DNA of 61,618 nucleotides from a virus (taxonomy: Duplodnaviria > Caudoviricetes), in the IMG/VR virus record IMGVR_UViG_3300030331_000798, positions 1 to 61,618 of that record. One strand, 5' to 3'. The notes beneath the pieces are model-generated. The model searched no databases. It was not told where the DNA came from and was given only the letters and a program-made list of their open reading frames with translations. The position numbers were made by a program, and so were the translations under genes. Positions 35,636 to 44,461 of this stretch are shown here, one piece after another (the first letter of the stretch is position 1; each line of letters opens with the position of its first letter).

Positions 35636-36208
35636 CTATTTAATGTTGGCGCGGGATCCCACATATATCCCGAAGATGTCAGAGGGAATATCCTTCCCAC
35701 CTGTTATTTGCTCTTTTATAAATGCATTGAGCGTCTGTGGATGCACACCTTGTTTTACGTCAGGAGAAAGACCTTGCTGCTTCAACTTTTCTACAGTCGC
35801 AGTAGCTTTTTCGTCTTCGTTCTTTCCGAAGTTGAGAATAACTTGATTTTTAATCAAGGCACCATGATCGTTATCAACCAGCCAAGCCATAGCATCTTTT
35901 TGATGTTCTTCCGATATATGACCTTTATAAAAAGGTTTAACGGAAATCTTAGACCCGTTTGTTAATACAATCTCCGCAAGGTTTGCTTCTTGCATCGCTT
36001 CGGGAAGTTCTAGTTCCGACACAGCACGGTGTCTGCTCTTAGTTTCCTTCAGCTGTTCTTCAAGATCCTTAATCTCTTTTTCGAGATCAAGTTGTTCTTG
36101 AGCTTTTGCAGATACTTTAGATAGTTCAGCATCTGTGTTTTCTTGCTGCCATTCATCGACAGAAGAAGTTCCGGTAAGTTCTTCAAAACTTAATTCTTTT
36201 TCAGACAT
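35636..36208 (-). CDS. Conserved replication-cluster protein
   Basis: Coiled coil followed by VHPQTLNAFIKE. Confidence 0.65.
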   Translation of the reverse strand: MSEKELSFEELTGTSSVDEWQQENTDAELSKVSAKAQEQLDLEKEIKDLEEQLKETKSRHRAVSELELPEAMQEANLAEIVLTNGSKISVKPFYKGHISEEHQKDAMAWLVDNDHGALIKNQVILNFGKNEDEKATATVEKLKQQGLSPDVKQGVHPQTLNAFIKEQITGGKDIPSDIFGIYVGSRANIK

Positions 36209-36548
36209 GGAGTTCTCCTAGTTGTTCTTTAGTTGGGCTGTGGCCATGGACATCCATACTTACTGGGTAGTACATCGACTCTTGTCGATCCCACTTCAAT
36301 ACTTTAAAACGTCCTTGGTTATAGTGCGAAGCCATAGCACATACTAGTCCTATAGCCGCAGGATCACCCATCAACAATAAATAATCATCGTCGTTAAAGT
36401 TCATAAGAGGCTTCCGTAACTCGCGAACCACGTTCGCAGTACCTAACATGAGATTAGTTCTAGCTTCTAATAGAAGCTGTAACTCCCCGTACTTTAGAGC
36501 TGGTGTTAGGTTTCGTCCAGGAACTTCCTGAACTACAAATACAGTCAT
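36201..36548 (-). CDS. Hypothetical protein
   Basis: 115 aa; DYLLLMGDP...LKWDR; AAAGGAG RBS; first gene of the leftward operon. Confidence 0.7.
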   Translation of the reverse strand: MTVFVVQEVPGRNLTPALKYGELQLLLEARTNLMLGTANVVRELRKPLMNFNDDDYLLLMGDPAAIGLVCAMASHYNQGRFKVLKWDRQESMYYPVSMDVHGHSPTKEQLGELHV

Positions 36549-36716
36549 TCTTCTTTCTCCTTTATACGAACTTTTTTAGTCTAAGTTATTAGCCGCTGAA
36601 AAGTAAAGACGTTTTTATTGTTACGACTAGAATGGAAAATGTTGCTGTAGGATATAAGCATTTCTATTCGTAACGACAGGATACTATAATACTGCTGTAG
36701 GTTTTTTGGAGCAATC

Positions 36717-36911
36717 ATGGCCGCAGAAATTATAGATTTTCCATACGATAAAGACTTAGTAAAAGAAGAAGATAAAGTTGCGCTTGTATGCCCTACCTGC
36801 GAAAGCCCCTATTGGCGAGTGTTTGAAGCACACGTTATGGAGTGTGCGTCGTGTGGGCAACCTTGTTACATGGCTGTAGACGAAGAGAAACCAGACAGCT
36901 CTTGGGATTAA
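36717..36911 (+). CDS. Small zinc-ribbon protein
   Basis: CPTC...CASC; GGAG RBS; TATAAT upstream at about 36685. Confidence 0.6.
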   Translation: MAAEIIDFPYDKDLVKEEDKVALVCPTCESPYWRVFEAHVMECASCGQPCYMAVDEEKPDSSWD

Positions 36912-37084
36912 TACTACAGGTAATAATAACGTCGCTGTAGGGACTCTCGCTGAACGCAAATACTACAGGCACAAATAACAAGTCGATAGGACGGCAGTCG
37001 GTTACAACGCTTTAGTAGCAGATACAACTAAAGGATGACTCATCCTTCGGAGCAAGTCTGGCCCCCTTGTAGTTGGAAACGGGC

Positions 37085-37277
37085 TTTCTATTAGTTCTAT
37101 AGTCTATCTGTAGAATTTTATTTTTTATAAAAAATTTAACAGAATCGTCTAATAGAGTAATAGATCTAATAGAACTAGAGTTAAGAGTCTGTTCTATAAG
37201 AATTTTCTTACTGGGTGAAAACTAATAGAATTCCTATTAGTTATTAGAAGAATAAAGAGGCCGCGAGAAAACTTTTA
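37085..37277 (+). repeat. AT-rich iteron-like element, copy B (candidate origin)
   Basis: Repeated TAATAG/CTATTA units and an A/T tract; inverted homologue of 16078-16290. Confidence 0.75.
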
Positions 37278-37340
37278 ATCTCTCATATATATTCTTCTCT
37301 ATATATATTATTCTTCGCGTAGAACTTAGAAAGGATTAGG

Positions 37341-38783
37341 ATGAAATACGAGTTTAAAACTGAACCGTATGCTCATCAAAAAGACGCTCTGCTTAAGGCT
37401 TGGAACAAAGAGCACTATGCGTTCTTTATGGAGATGGGTACGGGGAAGTCAAAAGTTTTAATAGATAACTTTGCGATACTTTACAGTAAAGGCTCAGTAA
37501 CGGGTGTGGTTATTGTGGCTCCCAAAGGAGTTTACCGTAACTGGTCAGAACGAGAGCTACCTACGCATCTACCTGATTACATAGATCACCGGATAGGTGT
37601 CTGGTCTCCCTCGCCTAAGAAAGAAGAGAAACAAAAGCTGATGGATTTGTTCGAGGTAACTAACGAGCTAAAGATTCTAGTGATGAACGTAGAAGCCTTC
37701 AGCACTAAGAAAGGACTGACCTTCGCTGAGAACTTTATACTGGCTCACCAGACACTGTTAGCAATCGATGAGTCAACGACAATTAAAAACCCTAAAGCGG
37801 CTCGTACCAAGGCTCTTATCAAACTTTCTAAAAACGCTAAATACAGAAGGATACTGACAGGCTTTCCTATTACGCAGTCTCCTTTAGATCTGTATTCACA
37901 GACCGAAGTTCTTTCTCCTAGTTTGCTAGGGTTTACTTCGTTCTATTCGTTTCAGAACCACTACGGTCAGGTCGTTAAACGACACTTCGGTGCTAGATCA
38001 TTTAGACAGGTCGTAGGCTATCAGAACCTAGAAGAACTTTCGGAGCGCGTAGATAGGTTTTCCTACCGCGTACTGAAAAAAGAGTGTCTTGACTTACCTG
38101 ACAAGGTTTACCTTCGCAGAGAAGTAGAACTAACCCCTGAACAAAAGAAAGTTTACGGTGAGCTAAAAGAGTATGCGATAGCAGAACTAGGCGAGATGGA
38201 GCAGGTGTCAGTAAACAACGTACTCACGCAAATGCTCAGGCTTCACCAAGTCGTTTGTGGCTATACGAAAACAGACGAGGGAACAGAAATACCTATAGAA
38301 AACAATAGGATAGACGAACTGATCAATGTCATCGGTGAGATGCGAGGCAAGATTATTATATGGGCAAATTACCGACACAACATAAAAGAGATCGTGGAAA
38401 CCATGCAAGAACTAGGTGGGCCTGATTGCGTAGCTAGTTACTACGGCGATACTTCTGACGAAGAAAGAGAAAGCGTTATAGAACGATTTCAAGATCCTGA
38501 TTCAGAACTTCGTTACTTCGTAGGAAATACACAAACAGGAGGATACGGGATTACGCTGACTCAAGCACAAAATGTAATCTACTACTCGAATAATTTTGAT
38601 TTAGAAAAGAGGCTGCAGTCCGAAGACCGCGCACATCGGATAGGTCAGGACAGTAAAGTGACTTATGTTGACCTAGTCGCACCAAAAACCGTTGACGAAA
38701 ATATCGTCAAGGCTCTTAGGAACAAACTAAATCTAGCTCAAGAAGTATTAGGTGATGAAAAATGGAAGTCGTGGCTAACCTAA
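37341..38783 (+). CDS. SNF2-family (SF2) helicase
   Basis: MEMGTGKS, IDES, LTGFP, GGYGITLT, QSEDRAHRIGQ. Confidence 0.92.
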   Translation: MKYEFKTEPYAHQKDALLKAWNKEHYAFFMEMGTGKSKVLIDNFAILYSKGSVTGVVIVAPKGVYRNWSERELPTHLPDYIDHRIGVWSPSPKKEEKQKLMDLFEVTNELKILVMNVEAFSTKKGLTFAENFILAHQTLLAIDESTTIKNPKAARTKALIKLSKNAKYRRILTGFPITQSPLDLYSQTEVLSPSLLGFTSFYSFQNHYGQVVKRHFGARSFRQVVGYQNLEELSERVDRFSYRVLKKECLDLPDKVYLRREVELTPEQKKVYGELKEYAIAELGEMEQVSVNNVLTQMLRLHQVVCGYTKTDEGTEIPIENNRIDELINVIGEMRGKIIIWANYRHNIKEIVETMQELGGPDCVASYYGDTSDEERESVIERFQDPDSELRYFVGNTQTGGYGITLTQAQNVIYYSNNFDLEKRLQSEDRAHRIGQDSKVTYVDLVAPKTVDENIVKALRNKLNLAQEVLGDEKWKSWLT

Positions 38784-39329
38784 CATATTAATTTCATCAG
38801 CCATTGCCATTTCTTCCTCGCCGCCTAGAAGATCCATGATGCCCATGTCTATCTCAGACATTCCCGCTTGAGGTCCCATCATAGCGTCAAACTTAGCAAG
38901 AGCTTTTTCTTTAGCTATGTCGAAAGTAGCTATAATTTCTTCTCTTGAACCAGATACTGCCGCAACACTAGAAGCCATTGCGTTTGGCAACATTTCTTCA
39001 GGAGTTTCACTCTCCTCTATTGTTCCCATCATACCAGCTCTGGTGTCTTCGTCTAATCCTGCAAGCATTTGATCTACCTCAGCCATTCCTCCCTCTTGAG
39101 GAGCAGGCATCGGTGCTTGTGGGGGAGGAGCAGGCATAGGTCTTGCTGGAGGCATAGAGTTTCTCATATTGTCAGCAATACTAGGTAAGCCACCGCCAAC
39201 AGCAGGAACAGGAGGGGGTGGTTGTTGAGGCATAGGAGGCATGGGGGGTGGTTGTCCTCCTCCTTGCATTCTAGGAACCATTCCTAATCTGCTTTTTAGC
39301 GCATTCATCCTATCTCTATCAGACTGCAT
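38775..39329 (-). CDS. Pro/Met-rich putative virion protein
   Basis: 184 aa, low complexity; MQGGG and GLPSI motifs. Confidence 0.6.
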   Translation of the reverse strand: MQSDRDRMNALKSRLGMVPRMQGGGQPPPMPPMPQQPPPPVPAVGGGLPSIADNMRNSMPPARPMPAPPPQAPMPAPQEGGMAEVDQMLAGLDEDTRAGMMGTIEESETPEEMLPNAMASSVAAVSGSREEIIATFDIAKEKALAKFDAMMGPQAGMSEIDMGIMDLLGGEEEMAMADEINMLG

Positions 39330-39331
39330 GT

Positions 39332-40828
39332 CTATCTCCTTTTCACGTTAGGTCTAAAGGCACTCTGAAAAGGATCTACATTAGTTTGGAAGTTTAATGC
39401 GGCTCCAATGCCTTGGTCAACGGAGGGTTGTTCTATACCTCCTCCGTGTTTTAAAAAACTAGGTTGTTGAGGTTGTTGAAAATTAGAAACAGAGCCTCCA
39501 CTAGCCGCGCCCTGTGTAAAAGGGTTCGGGTAATCGAACGCTACTGGTCCCGATCGTTGTCCGTATTCTTCGGCAGACATAGGCTCATTAAAGTCTGAAT
39601 AAGAAGGAGTGAAACTACTGTAGTAATAATCGTATGGATCTTGTCCTGTACCTTCTCGTTGAGATTTTATTAGATTAGCCATTGGGTTAGCAGAACCAGA
39701 GATAAAGCTAGGTTGTTTGCTAAACTGAGAGGTTGCTCCTGTTCTCGGCCCACTGGGTTGTGCGCTTGAGAAAAAACTTTGTAAGTCGCTTTTAGTTTGA
39801 TCTATTTGTGCTTTCGCTGCATCAGCATCGTATTGAGATTGCGAGTCAGCATATTTTTGATTTAAATCATCTAGTCGCGTTGTTAATTCATTAAACGTCG
39901 TGTCATAATCTTGTTGATCAATAATATTTTGTACTTGATCAGCAGTTAAACCAGGAGATTGTTGTGCTAAATACTCATCGAACTCGGCTCGACTCATATA
40001 GCCTTGTTCAGCCATTTGTTCGGGGGTCATATACCCCATGGCTTCTATTTCTTCTTGGGTTAAATAACCCATTTCGCGCAACTGTTCAGGGTCTAAGAGT
40101 TGTTCTATCCTAGTTCCGTCAGTCGTAGTTGTATCTGTAATGCCGCCGGTTGTCGTAGTAGTTGTGTCTGTAGTACCTGCATCTGTAACAACAGTATCAT
40201 CTGTATTTACTTCGGCAACAGGGGCTTGGTAAGAATCAATAAACCCAGTTAAGGCGTTTAGATAATCCTCATCAGAGGCGTAGTCTTGACGACTGTACGG
40301 TAATCCTACGTTATTATTTAAAAACCACTGCTCTGCTTGAAGTATCAGTTCACGGGTAGTGGGGCCGGTGTCTACAGGAGCTGTTTCAGTTTGTGTTTGT
40401 GTTTGGGTTTGTGTTCCGGTATCTGGAACATAAACAGGTCCATCACCGCCCATTAAATATTCTTCAGGAAGTTCGATGGTTCCAGGATCATCCATATACT
40501 TACTATACATTCCAGGATAGGCGTACCCTAGATCTGTTTTTTGTAACAGCTCTCCTTCAAGAAGCTGTTGTTGAGCTTTATTAAACTCTCCTTGGTTAAA
40601 GTTTCCCTGAGTTTGAGGTTGTTCCGTAGTAACTTCTTCAGCTGCGTCTACAAACTGTGGTTGAGGTTTTTTATAATAACCTGTTCCCGCTCCAGGATTG
40701 CTTCCAAAAAAGTCTCCGAAACGAAACTCACCGCCTAAATTACCGCCCATTTGCATTTTGCGCGGTTCAACGTCAGTTCTTAATTGTGGAATATTCGTTA
40801 CAGGAGGCTGAAAAAATTTTATTTGCAT
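39332..40828 (-). CDS. Putative internal virion protein (start revised to MQIKFF)
   Basis: T/Q-rich with short EMGY-type repeats; starts right after the upstream stop. Confidence 0.6.
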   Translation of the reverse strand: MQIKFFQPPVTNIPQLRTDVEPRKMQMGGNLGGEFRFGDFFGSNPGAGTGYYKKPQPQFVDAAEEVTTEQPQTQGNFNQGEFNKAQQQLLEGELLQKTDLGYAYPGMYSKYMDDPGTIELPEEYLMGGDGPVYVPDTGTQTQTQTQTETAPVDTGPTTRELILQAEQWFLNNNVGLPYSRQDYASDEDYLNALTGFIDSYQAPVAEVNTDDTVVTDAGTTDTTTTTTGGITDTTTTDGTRIEQLLDPEQLREMGYLTQEEIEAMGYMTPEQMAEQGYMSRAEFDEYLAQQSPGLTADQVQNIIDQQDYDTTFNELTTRLDDLNQKYADSQSQYDADAAKAQIDQTKSDLQSFFSSAQPSGPRTGATSQFSKQPSFISGSANPMANLIKSQREGTGQDPYDYYYSSFTPSYSDFNEPMSAEEYGQRSGPVAFDYPNPFTQGAASGGSVSNFQQPQQPSFLKHGGGIEQPSVDQGIGAALNFQTNVDPFQSAFRPNVKRR

Positions 40829-40829
40829 A

Positions 40830-43800
40830 TTATCTACCGAATACATTTTCCATAAACACATCATACCGAGGAAGGTTAAATTCGTCTGAAACTTTTCTTC
40901 TAAACTGTTCAACTTCTGTTTCTTCTACGTCCTCAGCTCCTTCTCGGCCAAGTGCGATTTGAACAATCACTCGTTCAACATCGCTAAGAGGTATGCGTTT
41001 GCTGTCGTAAATTTTCATAAACTCATCTAGTTTTTTAGGGTTTGCAAAAATAATAGCTAAATGGTCTGCTACTTTTGGACCAAGCTCATCTAAAATCAAA
41101 TTACTTCTATATCCTGCTCGAGAAAGCTGGCCAAAAAAACCTTTACGAAGACGAGTAATTGTTCCTGCTGCATGGTCCATAATAGTCTGAAGCTTATTAG
41201 GATCTCCTGGTTTTGGTTTTTCTTTTTGAGTTAATATTCTTGCACGTCTAGCAAAATTTCTTAAATGTTTAGCGTATTCTAAGGCGTCTTCTTCTCCAAC
41301 AATAAGACCTAAGTCGTCTGCCAAAGATCTATCGTTTTGATAAGGAACTAAAAACATATTTTGTAATTCAGTTAAATCAAACCCACTTTCGCTTCGAGTA
41401 CTTGCTTTTCTAAACACTTCTCCACGGGTTAGTGCAGTGTCTGCATCTAAGCCCATAAGATTACGCATTCTTCGTTCAAGATCAGTTTTAAATGCAGTTC
41501 TTAAATTAGGTTCTTGGTCAGCTAATTTAGAAAGTTCTTGTAGTTTATAGAATGCATCCGTCCCTCTAAAATCTTGTTTTTGTTTTGGACTCATACGCAT
41601 ATAAAGATCAACAAGCTCTATTGGGCTTCCTATGGCTTCACCTGTTTCTGGGTTGACCATGCCTTCAAGTAAAGCGTTTACTTGACGAAGTATTCCCTCT
41701 TTATTTTGTAAATCTTGTTTTAATTTTGCAAACTCTTTTGGATTAAATTCAATGTCTGGGAATAAAATTTCAAACTGTTCTTTATTTCGATTTGATAATT
41801 TACGAAGCCGCTCAGCTTGTTGTACTCGAGTTGCTCCATCACCACTTACTTCTCGCTCTAGGGCATCGAAAACAAGTTGTCTTACTTGTTGGAGTTTTTC
41901 TAATCCTTCTTGGCTTTGACTAAGAACTTTTGTCAGTCCTTCTAAGTTAGAAGGTTTACTGTTAAGCACATACGCGCCTAATTCACTAGGCTCTTTAGTA
42001 GCGATTTGATAAATATACGCACCGTCAGTTTCATCTTGTGCTTCTTTTATTCGTCTTTTTATGTCTACAATATCGCCGCCGATAGTGTTTAACATTTCTT
42101 CGTATCCTTTCGGATTACCCTTAAGGGTAGGTGCGCTTTTTGCCCCTGTTATTTTTTTATAAAGAATTCTAAAAGCATCTTCTCTAGCTTCGACTAACCC
42201 AGCTATTAATTTTTTGCCTTCTCTTCTTACTACTGGATTTTGATGCGACCTAAAAAGATCTTCTAAACCGTCTATTGTTTGTTGTAACTCTCTTACTGAA
42301 ACTTTTCGTTGTTTTGTAAAAGGCTGAGGAGCAGTTAGTAATTCAATACTAATACCCTCATCGGCACGATTTTGTAAAATCGTCCTCATAATTTCTGCAA
42401 CTTCTGCATCATCAGTTGTGCTAAAGATTCTATCTTCAGGTTTATTAGCTCTGACCATGTCTTGAACTTGTTTGCTAACATATTTAGGCAAGGTAACGAG
42501 CTTTTCTTCATAAGGTTTAAAATCATTACCGTCTATATCAGCTACTACTTTATCGAATACTTCCGTATACTCTTCTCGTATCGGATCAGTATACTGACGA
42601 TACATGGTCATAATTTCAGAGGTATACTCAGGGTAGTCAATCCTTCCACCTTCGACTATTTTCTGAACTGAATCTGTTAAATCAGAAACAGGAGCGTCAG
42701 GACGAGTTCCAGGAATTATTTCTTCTAAATCAAGTTGTTGTTCAATACCGTAAATATCTTCTTCTACGGCTTCTTTTTGTTTTTGTCTTCTTTCAAGTTT
42801 TATTCGATTAACTATTTCATTAAAAGCTTCGCGACCCAGCTCTTGATCTGGTCCTAATCGAATATTAATGGCTTCATAGTAACGGTCTAAAGAATTACCT
42901 TGGTTATTTAAAAGACGATTAAGAGCTATATACCCTTCTGATCCTCTGTCCATAACCTGTAGAAGATTATTTTCAATAGCTTGCAATACTTTGTCTTGAG
43001 TTAAATCTCCTAAAGAAAAAAGTTCTTCGCCGACCTCTCCTCCTGCATCTATCACATACTCATTAAGCAGCGTTTGAGAAATATCGAGATCAGTTTCATC
43101 TTTTAGTCTTGCTTTTTTTCTTCTTAATATTTCACCACTAGCTCGTAACCGCGCAAGGAGTGTTTCAGGAAGCCTTTCCCCAGTAAACATATTTTTTACT
43201 TTACCGAAGGCTTTTATAACAAGTTCTCCTCCAAACTCTCCTGCCGCAGCATATACAGCTGCAAGACCAGATTTTTTAAATATCTGATAATCAGACATTC
43301 TAGGGTTGCGACCTGTTAGTTTTCCTGCATATAATCTTGATGCTTCTGCAACCGCTTCCGCTATACCAGAAACAGCGGCTAGTTTTGCAATCCTTCCTGT
43401 TCTACTAAAAACACCTGAAGTTTCAAGATCTAACTCACCTTTTTCTAAACGGTCTGCATTGCGTTTAGCTTGTTTTTCTATGGATTTTCTAATCCCCTTT
43501 TGAGCTAACGATATAAAACCACCACCAACTATTGCAGAAGGAGCTTCTTGTCCTAATATCGTTTTAGTTTCAGCCCACATTGACTCAGGGTCTTCTGTTG
43601 GTTGAATATTTCCAAAAGGAACAGGTTTTCCCCCTGTTAATAACTCACTTTTTATTACAAACTGACCATCATTCGGATTGTTAAAATCCATGGGAGAAAT
43701 TTGAGCAGTAGGGTCGAAACGGTGGATTAAATCTTCCATCTCTATCACATCTGGTTCTCGAGAACCTAATTGACGACCTCTAATTAGGTCTGTATAAGCG

Positions 43801-44459
43801 TCTAAATCACCAACCTTTAAATCACTATCTTTAACGAGAGAGATATAATTTACATCAGGGTCAGCTCCACGAGCAGCAGCTTGAGCTCTTTGGTCTTCAT
43901 TCATATCGAATAAAGTTTCTTTTCCTTTTTCAAGGGCTATTTGTATTGGTAAAAAAGGAGCGAGCGGTGTTTCTTTTTCTCTCGTTCTTGGAGTGTATTC
44001 TAACCCCTCTAAATCTTTAACACTTTTTAGATATTTTAAAAATTCTTTATGTTGTTCGCGGTTGTAAAGAGATTCTAGTATTTCCCTAGAGTACCCCTCT
44101 TCTGCTAGTTTTTTCCTTGTGTTTTCTATGTCCTCAGTAACAAAGCTGTCATCTAACACATTTTCTAAAAAATCTAGTTGTAAAAATCGTTCTTGTGCAT
44201 CAGGAAAAAATTGTTTAGAGGTGCCATCACCAAGTTCAACCCCGAACGCTATATCAGTTTCATAAGGAGCTGTTCTAATAATATCAAGAACATTATAAGC
44301 CTCATCCGTAACCGGACTTTTTTTAGCAAAAGCCATGTTGTTAAGCTCTCCTATACGGCCCTCTCTATAATCTAGAAAAGAAGGTCTTGTATAGAACAAC
44401 GGATCATCAGAAATTTTTAATGCTGATGCTTGTGATATTGTTTGAGGTGCTTGAGCCAT
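40830..44459 (-). CDS. Large putative internal virion / ejection protein
   Basis: 1209 aa, helical, with Ala/Gly hydrophobic segments; position typical of podovirus ejection genes. Confidence 0.6.
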   Translation of the reverse strand: MAQAPQTISQASALKISDDPLFYTRPSFLDYREGRIGELNNMAFAKKSPVTDEAYNVLDIIRTAPYETDIAFGVELGDGTSKQFFPDAQERFLQLDFLENVLDDSFVTEDIENTRKKLAEEGYSREILESLYNREQHKEFLKYLKSVKDLEGLEYTPRTREKETPLAPFLPIQIALEKGKETLFDMNEDQRAQAAARGADPDVNYISLVKDSDLKVGDLDAYTDLIRGRQLGSREPDVIEMEDLIHRFDPTAQISPMDFNNPNDGQFVIKSELLTGGKPVPFGNIQPTEDPESMWAETKTILGQEAPSAIVGGGFISLAQKGIRKSIEKQAKRNADRLEKGELDLETSGVFSRTGRIAKLAAVSGIAEAVAEASRLYAGKLTGRNPRMSDYQIFKKSGLAAVYAAAGEFGGELVIKAFGKVKNMFTGERLPETLLARLRASGEILRRKKARLKDETDLDISQTLLNEYVIDAGGEVGEELFSLGDLTQDKVLQAIENNLLQVMDRGSEGYIALNRLLNNQGNSLDRYYEAINIRLGPDQELGREAFNEIVNRIKLERRQKQKEAVEEDIYGIEQQLDLEEIIPGTRPDAPVSDLTDSVQKIVEGGRIDYPEYTSEIMTMYRQYTDPIREEYTEVFDKVVADIDGNDFKPYEEKLVTLPKYVSKQVQDMVRANKPEDRIFSTTDDAEVAEIMRTILQNRADEGISIELLTAPQPFTKQRKVSVRELQQTIDGLEDLFRSHQNPVVRREGKKLIAGLVEAREDAFRILYKKITGAKSAPTLKGNPKGYEEMLNTIGGDIVDIKRRIKEAQDETDGAYIYQIATKEPSELGAYVLNSKPSNLEGLTKVLSQSQEGLEKLQQVRQLVFDALEREVSGDGATRVQQAERLRKLSNRNKEQFEILFPDIEFNPKEFAKLKQDLQNKEGILRQVNALLEGMVNPETGEAIGSPIELVDLYMRMSPKQKQDFRGTDAFYKLQELSKLADQEPNLRTAFKTDLERRMRNLMGLDADTALTRGEVFRKASTRSESGFDLTELQNMFLVPYQNDRSLADDLGLIVGEEDALEYAKHLRNFARRARILTQKEKPKPGDPNKLQTIMDHAAGTITRLRKGFFGQLSRAGYRSNLILDELGPKVADHLAIIFANPKKLDEFMKIYDSKRIPLSDVERVIVQIALGREGAEDVEETEVEQFRRKVSDEFNLPRYDVFMENVFGR

Positions 44460-44461
44460 GT

